From the IMG/VR virus record IMGVR_UViG_3300045988_034415, positions 82,807 to 146,806 of that record: DNA of 64,000 bases; one strand, given 5' to 3'. The notes below the pieces were generated by a model, which saw nothing but the letters and a program-made list of their open reading frames with translations, had not been told where the DNA came from and ran no database searches. Shown here in pieces: positions 1-10,109 of the stretch; position 1 is the stretch's first letter; every line of letters begins with the position of its first letter. Source of the stretch: a virus. The translations under genes were made by a program, and so were the position numbers.

Positions 1-451
1 ACTCAATAGTTATTTCTATATTCTTGTCCTTATTAAGTTCAGTCATAAGTCTATTAAATGCAGCAGTACTATTAATAACTTGCCCTTTAACCTTATTCTC
101 TCCAACTAAAAGACATCCCAATGTATCTTCTGGTTTATTACCAACGTGAATAAGAACTCCACTGTAACCTTTAACATCTAATAATCTAGGTAATTTACCA
201 CTATATGGCTTAGCCCAAGTCCTATCCTTAAACTTAGGACTGACTGTATTCATATCAACCTTATATGTGCCGGTAGGTATAGCGGTTTTACCATACACCT
301 TAATCTTCTCAATTTCCTCTGTAGGCATAGTATCTTTCAGCCCTCTGTCTGTATCCTCAAGAGTGTCACAGAAATACTTACCGTTTAGGTATAGCTTCCC
401 TATAGTATAAGACACACCTTTATAAATTCTCTCTAATCGTAAATTAATCAT
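1..451 (-). CDS. partial CDS (first ~150 aa; continues past window start); hypothetical, possibly cell-wall hydrolase-like
   Basis: Own translation of the minus strand from ATG at 451 (MINLRLERIYKGVSYTIGKLYLNG...GVLIHVGNKPEDTLGCLLVG...) stays open to nt 1; absent from the ORF track only because it is truncated by the window edge. Confidence 0.4.
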   Translation of the reverse strand, partial: MINLRLERIYKGVSYTIGKLYLNGKYFCDTLEDTDRGLKDTMPTEEIEKIKVYGKTAIPTGTYKVDMNTVSPKFKDRTWAKPYSGKLPRLLDVKGYSGVLIHVGNKPEDTLGCLLVGENKVKGQVINSTAAFNRLMTELNKDKNIEITIE

Positions 452-465
452 GGCTCGAATTTGGA

Positions 466-798
466 TTAATTGTTCTGTTTAAATGTCTTAAATATTTCTA
501 CTAATTGATTAACGTCGTCCTCTCCAAACCTTACTGGCTTGTTAAGAATGTTAACTACAAACCCATCAGCAGACTTCTCTTTCATCTCTGCTTTAACTGC
601 ATTGGCAAGCAACTCTAGATTAATATTGCCGTGCACGTCTGTGAATATGTCTAAATACTTACCATATTTATCTTCCATATTCTTAACTACGTATGTGATA
701 ACAGCTTGACTTGCCACGCTATTAAAATGAAATAGGTTACTCGCCAAGTCTTTAGCATACTTATTAATAGCTTGAAATACAATTTCTTTATCGCTCAT
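466..798 (-). CDS. hypothetical protein (110 aa)
   Basis: ORF track; last gene of the minus-strand late operon; start overlaps the upstream stop. Confidence 0.5.
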   Translation of the reverse strand: MSDKEIVFQAINKYAKDLASNLFHFNSVASQAVITYVVKNMEDKYGKYLDIFTDVHGNINLELLANAVKAEMKEKSADGFVVNILNKPVRFGEDDVNQLVEIFKTFKQNN

Positions 799-1238
799 TA
801 CTTACTTTTACTTAACATAACTTCGTCTAATCTCTTCTTAATCTCTGGGTCCTGTTCCACAAGTTCTAATAATGTGTTAACCTTATCTTCTTTAGCTTTT
901 AATTGAGCATGAATGTGCTCTTTACTCTTTCTAATAGTAGCTAATAGATTATCAGCTGCTACTTTACCATCTGCTGATGACACGAACTCTTGACTAAACT
1001 TAGTGCCTAAGAATGACATAAAGCCAGCTTCATAGGTTTGCTTAGCCATTTGATATTCTGGCATCTGTGCTAGAACCTTCTGCTCATCTAAAGACAGAGA
1101 CCCAACCTCTCTGTTTATTTCATCTAGAATAGGTTGGGTCTTCTGCTGTGCTTGTTGAGCTTGTTGCATCGCTTGTAATTGTTGCATGTAATGGTTCTGT
1201 AAATCCGTGTAGTTGCTACCGAATGGTTGTCCAAACAT
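798..1238 (-). CDS. Gln-rich coiled-coil protein (146 aa), scaffold-like
   Basis: ORF track; N-terminal MQQLQAMQQAQQAQQ low-complexity then helical; operon context. Confidence 0.5.
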   Translation of the reverse strand: MFGQPFGSNYTDLQNHYMQQLQAMQQAQQAQQKTQPILDEINREVGSLSLDEQKVLAQMPEYQMAKQTYEAGFMSFLGTKFSQEFVSSADGKVAADNLLATIRKSKEHIHAQLKAKEDKVNTLLELVEQDPEIKKRLDEVMLSKSK

Positions 1239-1239
1239 G

Positions 1240-1725
1240 TTATTTAGATTTAGCTACTGACGCAATTGCGGCTGTTGGTGCAGGAGCAGGTGTTACTCTA
1301 ACATCAAATACTGAATATGCACAATGTCCCTTAACAGGAAGAGAAGTAGGCAATTCATCAAGTACTTGTTGACTAACAATACTAACTCCGTTAGGTATAA
1401 TCACATCTATAACTTTAGTTACTGTTGGTGTCAAAGTGGTAATAGTTTCACTAGTTGCAGCAGTCTCCATAATCGTAGATGTAGACTCTGTAGACACTCT
1501 TACATTTCCTTTACAATCAGTGTATTGGATATTGTGAATAACATCAAATTTAGTAACTTGTACGTACTCCGTTCCTGTAGTTGAAACGTTAACGACTTTT
1601 GCCCATCTCTGTGTAACTGTTAATGTAGACACAGGAGCAATTGATGCATTTGCCCCACACGGTAACGATACATTAAACTCCATTACTTGAGCACTTTCTC
1701 CAGTTGGTGTAATTTTAACTTTCAT
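1240..1725 (-). CDS. hypothetical structural protein (161 aa)
   Basis: ORF track; T/V-rich beta-type composition; follows a hairpin terminator/attenuator. Confidence 0.5.
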   Translation of the reverse strand: MKVKITPTGESAQVMEFNVSLPCGANASIAPVSTLTVTQRWAKVVNVSTTGTEYVQVTKFDVIHNIQYTDCKGNVRVSTESTSTIMETAATSETITTLTPTVTKVIDVIIPNGVSIVSQQVLDELPTSLPVKGHCAYSVFDVRVTPAPAPTAAIASVAKSK

Positions 1726-1752
1726 ACGATAATTAAATTTGAATTAAATAAT

Positions 1753-1787
1753 AAAAGGGAGACCACTTAGATTGTAGCCTCCCTTTT
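1753..1787 (-). terminator. intrinsic terminator-like hairpin inside the late operon (9-bp stem aaaagggag/ctccctttt)
   Basis: Perfect stem 1753-1761/1779-1787 with a 17-nt loop; on the minus strand it is followed by a U-rich stretch (complement of 1741-1752). Confidence 0.4.
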
Positions 1788-1802
1788 ATGGGTTATCTTA
1801 AG

Positions 1803-2699
1803 TTATTGGGCTGTACAAGAAGGACATCCGCCTGTAACTGTGTTAATAGCTGTATTTACAGCGTTGAAGTTACTAGCAGCAGTTCCAGCATACATGCCAG
1901 TTCCGTAACTTGTGAATGGGCTACAGTATAGTGGAGCTATACTTGGAACAGGTGCACACAGGTCACTGTAAGCATATTTCAACTGTCCATCAATCTTGTG
2001 GTCAAGTTGACGCTGTAATCCATTAGCAGTCATTAACAGATTAGTTTCAGACTTGCAGCAGCAAGCATCAGTGTATCTTTCAGCATTAACTTTGTTAAGC
2101 TCGAACATTAGAGGTAGAGCAGCAGCTGTAGCAGCTTCTTTCTTCTCTAAATCAGAGATTCTAGTACTTAGTCTAGCGAACAAATCAGCTTTCTCCTGAA
2201 CATCTTGTTCTCTCCTCTTGTAAAGCTCATCACATAATCTTAAATTCTGTGCATTATCACGAGATACGATATCTACGTACATTGCACTCTTCTCTTGAAG
2301 GTCTTCTACTCTACCTTTCCAGATTTGGTTAGTTAAAACTTGAGACTCGTTACCGATTCTCTCGTTAGTAGCCAAAGCACGGCTGTTAACGTAAGTGTAC
2401 AGGTCAATGTCGTCTTGCATTGATTGTACTCTGTTCGCCCATGATAGGTTATCAGCTTGCTGTCCTTGAGCCATAGCTAAGGTTTTAGCATTTTCAGCTG
2501 CCTGCATAGCGCAACAGTTGTTGTTACCTCCAAAGAGGTTTCCAAGGATTCCGCCACCGTTACCACAACCACATCCTCCGTTGTTTCCAGCGAAAGCTGC
2601 TAATGCAGTACCGATAATACCAAGTGTAAGTCCAGCGTTTGTTCTTCCTTTAGTACCGAACTTTGACTTAGCTTCGTCCATTGTTAGAAATTCTGCCAT
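1803..2699 (-). CDS. Gly/Cys-rich structural protein (298 aa)
   Basis: ORF track; GCGCGNGGGILGNLFGGNNNCC segment, coiled-coil centre, Cys-rich C-terminus. Confidence 0.5.
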   Translation of the reverse strand: MAEFLTMDEAKSKFGTKGRTNAGLTLGIIGTALAAFAGNNGGCGCGNGGGILGNLFGGNNNCCAMQAAENAKTLAMAQGQQADNLSWANRVQSMQDDIDLYTYVNSRALATNERIGNESQVLTNQIWKGRVEDLQEKSAMYVDIVSRDNAQNLRLCDELYKRREQDVQEKADLFARLSTRISDLEKKEAATAAALPLMFELNKVNAERYTDACCCKSETNLLMTANGLQRQLDHKIDGQLKYAYSDLCAPVPSIAPLYCSPFTSYGTGMYAGTAASNFNAVNTAINTVTGGCPSCTAQ

Positions 2700-2868
2700 A
2701 ATTAAATAAATTTACGATAAATAATACAATATCTGTTGAGGGCATAATATATAAATATACTATACTTCCAAATTCGATGTTGCAAAGTTACGTTAAATTC
2801 TGGACATTACCAAATTATTTAACACTCGTTAACAATTAATTTATTGCATAGGTGGTTTTAGTAATCAG

Positions 2869-2903
2869 GTACAAACAAAGAAAGGCCGTCTATTGACGAC
2901 CTT
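2869..2903 (-). terminator. rho-independent terminator after gene 2934..4382
   Basis: On the minus strand: AAGGTCGTC-aata-GACGGCCTT hairpin (9 bp, one G-U) followed by UCUUUGUUUGU. Confidence 0.5.
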
Positions 2904-2933
2904 CTTAATGAAAACGTTATGAGATTATAATAA

Positions 2934-4382
2934 TTACTCTGCAAGTAATCTTCCAACTAGAGCTTCAAGTCTTGCAACTTTATCCTCTAGATATTTAATT
3001 TTAACCATAGCAAGTTCGTTATAGTTAACTGATTTAAATCCTTCACTATCAGTGTTCACCATTTCTGGATACACTTTCTCAAGTTCTTGAGCAATTACTC
3101 CATAGCCATGATGTTTTTTGTCTGTTCTATCAAACTCTACTAGTCTAACAGCATCAGCTTTACTTGCATCAATTTCTACTACGTTAGTTTTTACTCTAGC
3201 ATCAGATGTATCAAAGAATCCATTAGCTGCATAGATAGCTGCTGTTGATGTAATTGCACCACCTTCAAATCCTTGCAAAGACATAAGAATTCCATCATCT
3301 TCTATGTAAACACCATTCTTACTGTAAGTTTGTGGATTAGCTCCTTGTGATGTAGCTCCAATTAGGTATAGTCTATCAGAAGAATTTGTTGCACCTGCTG
3401 TGTTCTTTGTATCTGTAAAGTCATCAAGTTTCTTCTTATCAACACCAGTTATTAAACCTGCACGACCTTGACTATTACCGCTTGCTGGAGAAGCCATAGG
3501 TAAAGAAATGATTTTATGAGAAATAGACGTATCACTGTATGTAACATCTAATGGAACATACGCTGATTGCCAATCCGTACTGGGAGTTCCAGGTTCTACT
3601 TGTTTAACTAAGGTAGGCTTGCTTGTGATTTCTGGCCAGCTATAAGAAGGTTTAGAAGAACCAATCCATGATGGTTTACCTGTCACATTGCCCCATGCAA
3701 CTGAGTCGGCTTCTCCACCACCTGTAGCAGATAGAACACCATTACTAATTGCCAAACCACTTCCTACTTTTACACCACCAAGTGTAGTAGCTGAAGCAGT
3801 AGGAAGAGTATATTTAGTATCAGTCCAAGGAACATTTACTACTGCTTGTTCATTACTATTAACCTGAACAGCATATGTTCTGCCTGAAGTTGTAGTAATT
3901 CCGTTAGGAGTTCCTCCCTGTGTGCTACTTGATAACTTGATACCTCCACGAGTACTGTTTGACGCTAATGGTAGTGTATATGAGGAACCAGAAGGTATAT
4001 TTACTATTTTAGCAGCACTACCGTCCCATGTACCTGTTACTGCACCAGTAAAGGTTAATACGTTTGGAGTAGGTAACTTAGTAGGAATTGTAGGCTTGTT
4101 ACTCAAGTCATTATAATTACCTGAAGTAGCTACAGTAGCAAAGCTAGGTTTGCCTGTAATGGTACTCCATGTTACAGCGGTAGCATAGAACTGTCCGTGT
4201 GTCCAAATTTCTTTAGAATCTTTAATATAAACTATAGATTGATAGTTAATGTCAGGAGCTCCAGTCTGAACAGTTCCAGTACCTCCTACCTGATATTGAG
4301 TATTAGAAGCATTGGCTGATAACTTCTGTGAGTTAAAAGTAGTTTTCTTATTAAAGTGAATTAATTTCTTATTAATTGCCAT
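2934..4382 (-). CDS. tail fibre-like protein (482 aa), paralogue family
   Basis: ORF track; G/T/S-rich fibre-like composition; N-terminal motif SIVYIKDSKEIWTHGQFYA shared with neighbours; C-terminal coiled coil. Confidence 0.6.
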   Translation of the reverse strand: MAINKKLIHFNKKTTFNSQKLSANASNTQYQVGGTGTVQTGAPDINYQSIVYIKDSKEIWTHGQFYATAVTWSTITGKPSFATVATSGNYNDLSNKPTIPTKLPTPNVLTFTGAVTGTWDGSAAKIVNIPSGSSYTLPLASNSTRGGIKLSSSTQGGTPNGITTTSGRTYAVQVNSNEQAVVNVPWTDTKYTLPTASATTLGGVKVGSGLAISNGVLSATGGGEADSVAWGNVTGKPSWIGSSKPSYSWPEITSKPTLVKQVEPGTPSTDWQSAYVPLDVTYSDTSISHKIISLPMASPASGNSQGRAGLITGVDKKKLDDFTDTKNTAGATNSSDRLYLIGATSQGANPQTYSKNGVYIEDDGILMSLQGFEGGAITSTAAIYAANGFFDTSDARVKTNVVEIDASKADAVRLVEFDRTDKKHHGYGVIAQELEKVYPEMVNTDSEGFKSVNYNELAMVKIKYLEDKVARLEALVGRLLAE

Positions 4383-4400
4383 ATCACTTAAATTTTAATC

Positions 4401-4436
4401 ATTATAAAATAAAGGAGGGATGCTACTCCCTCCTTC
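4401..4436 (-). terminator. rho-independent terminator after gene 4448..6403
   Basis: GGAGGGA...TCCCTCC strong hairpin (4412-4435) followed on the minus strand by UUUAUUUUAUAAU. Confidence 0.55.
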
Positions 4437-4447
4437 TTGTACATATA

Positions 4448-6403
4448 TTATAGTTCAACCCAATCCCATGCAGCTTCTAGTTTACCAATAGCGGCATTAA
4501 GTGAATCACCAGCAGCAATTGCACCTGTATCTGACGGTTTGGTATAACCAGTCATTGCAGTTACCTTATTAGAAGCCAGATTGGCTAGAGTAGTAGCTAG
4601 TGTAACGTTAGCAGAACCATCTAAAGAAACACTTCCAGTTACACCACCACTAACTGTGATAGTACGAGCAGTAGCCCATTTAGCAGCAGTATCAGCCGCG
4701 CCAGCAGTAGCAGGTTTACCAATACTAATTGTTTGTTTAGAACCTCCAGAAGGAGTTACGTTGAATGAGCCGTTTCCTCCAACGAACGTATAAGTAGTAT
4801 TAGTATCAGCTCCTGGAATACCCAAAGCTGTAATATCAGCCTTAGTAACAGCGGTTACTGAAGCAACGTGGCTAGTAGAATCTGTGCTGAATTTATAGAA
4901 TCCAGAAGTCTTACTAGGAGCACCTCCAGCAGGGTGAGTATAAACTGTGTCCTTCTCTGCTTGCCATGCAGGACCACTAGCAGTAGCTTTCAGTACATAT
5001 CCAGTAGTACCGTTAGCTAGAGCTTTAACAGTAGACCCACCGTTACCTAAAATTACTGCGTTAGCAGTTAGGGATTTGCCAGTAACAGCACCGTCTAAGT
5101 TTCTCTGAATAACTGACCAGTCACCATTTGCAGCAGTCGTTCCAGATTTAACACAGATAATCATGTCACCTGCTTCACAACCTTCGCCCGCAAAGTTACC
5201 AGCAGCCTTAACTACGTAAGTATCTCCAACTGTGTGATTAGCTGGAAGTTCAGTTACATCACCGTCTGTACCAATAGTTCCTTTGAATCTAAGTGCTTGA
5301 GCAGCAGAAATCTTACTTCCAATCTCGTTAATTACAAATGCAGTAGTTGCAATTTGAGTAGTATTAGTTCCACCAGCAGCAGTAGGAGCTGTAGGAGTTC
5401 CAGTAAACGCTGGGCTTGTAAACATTGTAGCCTTAGATTCATTTGTTACGTTACCTAAGCCTACATCAGCTTTAGTAACAGTAACATTAGCACTAAGTGC
5501 ATGTCCGTTTACAGTTCTAGTATTTGGAACAGCATTATCAGCCTTAGTACCTTGAGCAGCAGTTGCATATGCAGACGATGCTGTATATGCAGCAGAACCT
5601 AATCCTTTAACAGCAACATCAGTTCCGTCAATTGCAATAGTACCATTAGCAGAACCAGAAGCAGCCGTGGTTGCAGCACCATTAATTGTTACTTTACCAG
5701 TAGCATCAGCTGTAACTGTTACTTTACCAGTACCAGTAATTTGATGTGAGCTTCTTACTGCACCATTCTCAATTAAGTTCAAGAATGTAGTAGCATTAGT
5801 AGTTGCTGCATTAGCTGTAGCTGTAGCAGAAGCGCCAACAACATTCTTAGCTTGCCAGTTAGTAAATGAAGGAGCAGCTGGCATAGTCATTGTAGTAGTT
5901 CCTTTAGCTGTAACGTGTCCTTGTGCATCATAAGTAATGCTAGGAATAGTAAACGTTCCACCAAATGCTAATGTCTTACTATTATCACCTTTAGCTGTGC
6001 CAGCAGTTACTGAATTAGAGTGATTAATTGTAGTACCTTCAATAGAGATACCAGAACCTTGTGTGTATTTAGTATCTGTAGCGCTAATTGTTACTCCATC
6101 TGTTCCGACAGTGATATTTACATTAGAGCCTTTGTTGAATTTAAGAGTTCCGTCATGAGAAGGAGACTCTGCAACATTAGTACCGTCAGAAACTTTAGAG
6201 AAGGCCTTGGCAGCCTGTAAAGCTGCCACAGCACTCTCCAATGAAGTAATTTTGCCTTTGTAAGAATCGGGAATAGCGTAGAACGTTCCATGAGTATAAA
6301 TCTCCTGTGAATCTTTAATGAAAACAATACTATTGGTGTATTGTTCTTGTAGTTCACTGGTAAATGTGGACTTCTTCGCTACGTGTACAAACATTTTCTC
6401 CAT
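4448..6403 (-). CDS. tail fibre-like protein (651 aa), paralogue family
   Basis: ORF track; A/T/G-rich repetitive fibre composition; N-terminal SIVFIKDSQEIYTHGTFYA motif. Confidence 0.6.
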   Translation of the reverse strand: MEKMFVHVAKKSTFTSELQEQYTNSIVFIKDSQEIYTHGTFYAIPDSYKGKITSLESAVAALQAAKAFSKVSDGTNVAESPSHDGTLKFNKGSNVNITVGTDGVTISATDTKYTQGSGISIEGTTINHSNSVTAGTAKGDNSKTLAFGGTFTIPSITYDAQGHVTAKGTTTMTMPAAPSFTNWQAKNVVGASATATANAATTNATTFLNLIENGAVRSSHQITGTGKVTVTADATGKVTINGAATTAASGSANGTIAIDGTDVAVKGLGSAAYTASSAYATAAQGTKADNAVPNTRTVNGHALSANVTVTKADVGLGNVTNESKATMFTSPAFTGTPTAPTAAGGTNTTQIATTAFVINEIGSKISAAQALRFKGTIGTDGDVTELPANHTVGDTYVVKAAGNFAGEGCEAGDMIICVKSGTTAANGDWSVIQRNLDGAVTGKSLTANAVILGNGGSTVKALANGTTGYVLKATASGPAWQAEKDTVYTHPAGGAPSKTSGFYKFSTDSTSHVASVTAVTKADITALGIPGADTNTTYTFVGGNGSFNVTPSGGSKQTISIGKPATAGAADTAAKWATARTITVSGGVTGSVSLDGSANVTLATTLANLASNKVTAMTGYTKPSDTGAIAAGDSLNAAIGKLEAAWDWVEL

Positions 6404-6421
6404 TTTAATATATTATGTGTT

Positions 6422-7405
6422 TTATTCAGTTACTTCGTGCCAAGCCATAGCTGCGTCGATAGCTGTATTAATTGTCGAAACTACAGTAGTGGTGATTCCA
6501 ACAAGTTTAGCCTCGTTAGCAGCAACTCTAACTTCTAGAGCATCAATATCTGAAGCGTTAGTGTCAATAAGTGCAAGTTTAGTTTCTGGAATCAGAGTAC
6601 TACCTTCTACCTTATCAACTTTATTAGCTACTAAATTACTAACATCACTAACTTTAGTATCTGCATAATCTTTAGCCTGTTTCAGAGTATTAGCTAGAGA
6701 ACCTTCAGCATCAGCACTACCATTAATCTTAGCAATAGCTTGAGTATTAGTAGTAATTTTACCGTCTAATGCAGTATCAGCTGCTTCTCTTAAAGTCTTC
6801 TCTGCATCAACAGCAGCTGCAATTGCAGCATCTGCTTGAGTCTTATTGTAGTATGCAGACAGGTCAATAGCTCCACCCAGAGCATCCCATGCTGTACCAG
6901 TCCATGCCCAGTTAGTACCAGCTGGATGATTGTCATGAGCTTCCTCTACATTCCATACATCACCTGCTGCTGCATCACTAGGAAGTTCTGCATAAGTAGC
7001 TTTGGAGCCTTTGTATGAATATACAGAAGAAATTTTGCCCTCAAGGGTAGTAACTCTCTGTCCTAATACTCTACCTTGATTAGCTGACAATGCAGCAGTG
7101 GTAGAAGAAGAATTTAAGTTGTCAATAATCTCTACTGTCTGTGCAGCAGCAACGTCCATTTGTTTCCATCCGGAGTAATCTGCTTCCAGAATTTTATCTT
7201 TATCAACTAGCATATAAATTGCCTTATCAGCAGCAACGGCTACTAACAATCCATTATATACGTAGATAGTATCGCCATCATACGGCCAAGTCTCTTTATT
7301 AATAAGTTCAGACTTATTATCTACTAAGATTCTTGGGTCTAAAGCACCTTGAAGTTTAACCTCAAAGTTGGCTGCAAATTGGAATGTACCTTTATTTCTT
7401 GCCAT
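6422..7405 (-). CDS. tail/structural protein (327 aa), paralogue family
   Basis: ORF track; N-terminal DTIYVYNGLLVAVA version of the shared motif; Ala-rich coiled segments. Confidence 0.55.
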   Translation of the reverse strand: MARNKGTFQFAANFEVKLQGALDPRILVDNKSELINKETWPYDGDTIYVYNGLLVAVAADKAIYMLVDKDKILEADYSGWKQMDVAAAQTVEIIDNLNSSSTTAALSANQGRVLGQRVTTLEGKISSVYSYKGSKATYAELPSDAAAGDVWNVEEAHDNHPAGTNWAWTGTAWDALGGAIDLSAYYNKTQADAAIAAAVDAEKTLREAADTALDGKITTNTQAIAKINGSADAEGSLANTLKQAKDYADTKVSDVSNLVANKVDKVEGSTLIPETKLALIDTNASDIDALEVRVAANEAKLVGITTTVVSTINTAIDAAMAWHEVTE

Positions 7406-7413
7406 ATGTCAAA

Positions 7414-8490
7414 TTAGAATTTAGCGATTAAAGTTACTGAACCTCTAGTAGAACCATTGTAAGTGTAAACTGAATAAGTTACAGGTGTGGTTCCAATAGT
7501 AATCTCTTCTTCTGTCTTAGTCCAGTCACTAAGTCCTATAACTTCCATGTTACCTGATACTGTGTTCAACATTTGAAGTTGAGTGACAGCTCTTGGCAGC
7601 TTGAATACCTGTGGAAGAGTACCAGAAGGTTGTAATTCAAATCTAGGAGTAGTCATAGCTCCAGTAGAAGTATTCCAAGCAATAAGAGCTTGTTTAACCA
7701 CAGGCGCACCAGAAGAAGCTGTACTTGTAGATGCATACCAAGGATATGTACCATTAAGTGTGATAGCTGAAGAGTTAACCGAACCAGCTGCAAGTGGAGT
7801 GCTATAATTGTTTCCTTTGTTATCTTTAGGTTGAGGTCCTTGCAAATAAGCTGCCTTATAAGTATAAGTAGTATTACCAAGTGTTACAGTAGTAGGCAGA
7901 GTTGTGTTAGACTCTTGTCCATTTACGAAGATAAATGAATTATCTGCATCTAAGTTACCAGACCTGTCTGCTTGTTTTGTTCCATTTAAGGTAATAGCTC
8001 CCTTATTAAGACTAGTGTTGAAGTTAGCAGCAGTAGGTGCAGTAGCTCCAACTTCTTGAGGAGTTGAATAACTCTTAAATGAGATGCTTGCAGTAGGAGC
8101 AGTAAATGTAGGATTAATAGTAGGGAACAGCAGTTCATCCCACATATAATCATATGTCTGTCCTTCCAGAGCACTTACCTTAGTTCCTTTAGCGATACCA
8201 CCGACAGCATTAGGCATAGCTAAATCTTTGTCCTCAATAGCTGATGTATACTTACCGCTACCTACTTCAATCTCTGTTGTAGTAGTATCAGAGTAAGTAA
8301 TGACCAGTTTGCTTTTATCAGAAGACAAGGCTACATTAGTAACGACTTTACCAGCAGCTAGAGCTCCTGTGTAAGCCTTACCATTCATAAGGATTTCATT
8401 GGTGTCTGTAGCAAAGTAAATCCCATCCTTGTGAGTAGTTTCAGCTACGTAATTGGCTTTTAACCCTCTGTAAAATTTTAATTGTGCCAT
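7414..8490 (-). CDS. structural protein (358 aa), paralogue family
   Basis: ORF track; N-terminal MAQLKFYRGLKANY...GIYFATDTNEILMNGKAYTG motif. Confidence 0.55.
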   Translation of the reverse strand: MAQLKFYRGLKANYVAETTHKDGIYFATDTNEILMNGKAYTGALAAGKVVTNVALSSDKSKLVITYSDTTTTEIEVGSGKYTSAIEDKDLAMPNAVGGIAKGTKVSALEGQTYDYMWDELLFPTINPTFTAPTASISFKSYSTPQEVGATAPTAANFNTSLNKGAITLNGTKQADRSGNLDADNSFIFVNGQESNTTLPTTVTLGNTTYTYKAAYLQGPQPKDNKGNNYSTPLAAGSVNSSAITLNGTYPWYASTSTASSGAPVVKQALIAWNTSTGAMTTPRFELQPSGTLPQVFKLPRAVTQLQMLNTVSGNMEVIGLSDWTKTEEEITIGTTPVTYSVYTYNGSTRGSVTLIAKF

Positions 8491-8504
8491 AAAATTTAAT
8501 GATG

Positions 8505-10109
8505 TTATTTAATAAATATGTTAATGGGGAGCACAGTATTATCACTGAATCTTACCTCCCCGCCAGTTATTTCACCACTGGCATTCTTATACAAATCTAC
8601 TCCAGTTGGAGTTATAGTTCCATATGTTTCCCAAGTTTCTCCATTCCAAGCATAGTTAGCACCGTCATTAATAACGTTGTAAATATCACCTACTTCTGGA
8701 GCAGAAGGTAAATACATACGAGTAGCTACAGACCCCTTATATCTAATAGCTGTAGAATCAGAAGATATAAGTATATCTCCATTACCGAGTACTGACTTAC
8801 CATTAATCTTCTTAATGTTAACTCCACTAACAAGCTTATCTTGTTTAGTAGATAGTAAGTACTCCATAGTATCTTTCAATGTATTAATTGATTGTTGTAT
8901 ATGTGTTAAGTCAATAGATACATCTTCGGAACCGTCGTAACTAACTTCTCCTTCAGAATGCTTAACTGTTAAAGTTCCTACTGGATAACTCTCTGGTAAA
9001 TCAGCGAGTCTGGTAGCTTTAGCAGTAGTTACTTCATTCCAAGTATAAGAAGTCAAGTCTGACATTAATGCAAGTGAATCAGTGTCTTCCCCTACTACAA
9101 CGGCTGGTCTTGTATTAGTGTATATCTCCAGATAAGAATTAACATTACCAAGTTTAAACCCTCCGGAATTGTCAGATGATATTAAATTCTGAACACCGTC
9201 TCTACGATTAACCACAATTCCTTGACCTTCCTCTAATACTATATTACCATCAACCAAACTAACTTTATTGTCTAAATCACTTTCGATATTAGATATAAGA
9301 GCGTCAGTTTCTGATTTAGTATAATATAAGTCAGGGTCTAAACCTCCACCACCTTCAGAGGCATATTTAACTCCATTAAGGTAAATAGACTTAATGTCCT
9401 TTATGAAGTAAATGGTATTAGGTTCCAAAGTCTGTAGTAAATACTCATCGTAAGTATCTACGGCTTTAATTCTTACTGGATATTCTGTACCTTCCCAACT
9501 AAATTTACAAACAACTCCTTTATCACCCTTAGTAATAACTATGTTAGAATCAGCATCAGTATCAACTACTAAGTCTGCCCTAACTCCAAAGTTTGAAGTT
9601 AATAAATCTACAGACCTATTAGTAATTGGATTATTAATCCTTAACTCTGATGCAATATTACCATTCTTAGTCTGGGTAATAATAGTATTAGTTATTTGTC
9701 CTTTAACTACAAAGTCTTCCAGAGACACTTCAAATCTATCTCCATTAGAAGCAGTAAGTATCAGCCATTCCTCATTCAGTGCATTACCGAATCCGTTATC
9801 TATATCCTCTTGTGTTATAAGATGTCTTTCAAATGAAACTATCTTAGTATCTTTATCAAGAAGGATTGATGATATTTCCTCACCACTTCCTCCTTTACCT
9901 ATAACTCTAACCTTATTACCTTCTTCTTGAGTATCGAGTTCTACTATACCAGTTACCTGGGTAGCAATAGCATCTTTGATAGCTTTAGAAGAAGGAATAG
10001 AGTCTTCAACGTCTATTGAGTCCGACACCGTATATGGGCCATATGTTGTCCACAAGTAGTCCAACTGGCTCATATTAGCGGGTCTATTAGGATACTGTTT
10101 CTTCATCAC
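8505..10109 (-). CDS. tail/structural protein (534 aa)
   Basis: ORF track; internal NTIYFIKDIKSIYLNGVKYASEGGGG copy of the shared motif. Confidence 0.5.
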   Translation of the reverse strand: MMKKQYPNRPANMSQLDYLWTTYGPYTVSDSIDVEDSIPSSKAIKDAIATQVTGIVELDTQEEGNKVRVIGKGGSGEEISSILLDKDTKIVSFERHLITQEDIDNGFGNALNEEWLILTASNGDRFEVSLEDFVVKGQITNTIITQTKNGNIASELRINNPITNRSVDLLTSNFGVRADLVVDTDADSNIVITKGDKGVVCKFSWEGTEYPVRIKAVDTYDEYLLQTLEPNTIYFIKDIKSIYLNGVKYASEGGGGLDPDLYYTKSETDALISNIESDLDNKVSLVDGNIVLEEGQGIVVNRRDGVQNLISSDNSGGFKLGNVNSYLEIYTNTRPAVVVGEDTDSLALMSDLTSYTWNEVTTAKATRLADLPESYPVGTLTVKHSEGEVSYDGSEDVSIDLTHIQQSINTLKDTMEYLLSTKQDKLVSGVNIKKINGKSVLGNGDILISSDSTAIRYKGSVATRMYLPSAPEVGDIYNVINDGANYAWNGETWETYGTITPTGVDLYKNASGEITGGEVRFSDNTVLPINIFIK

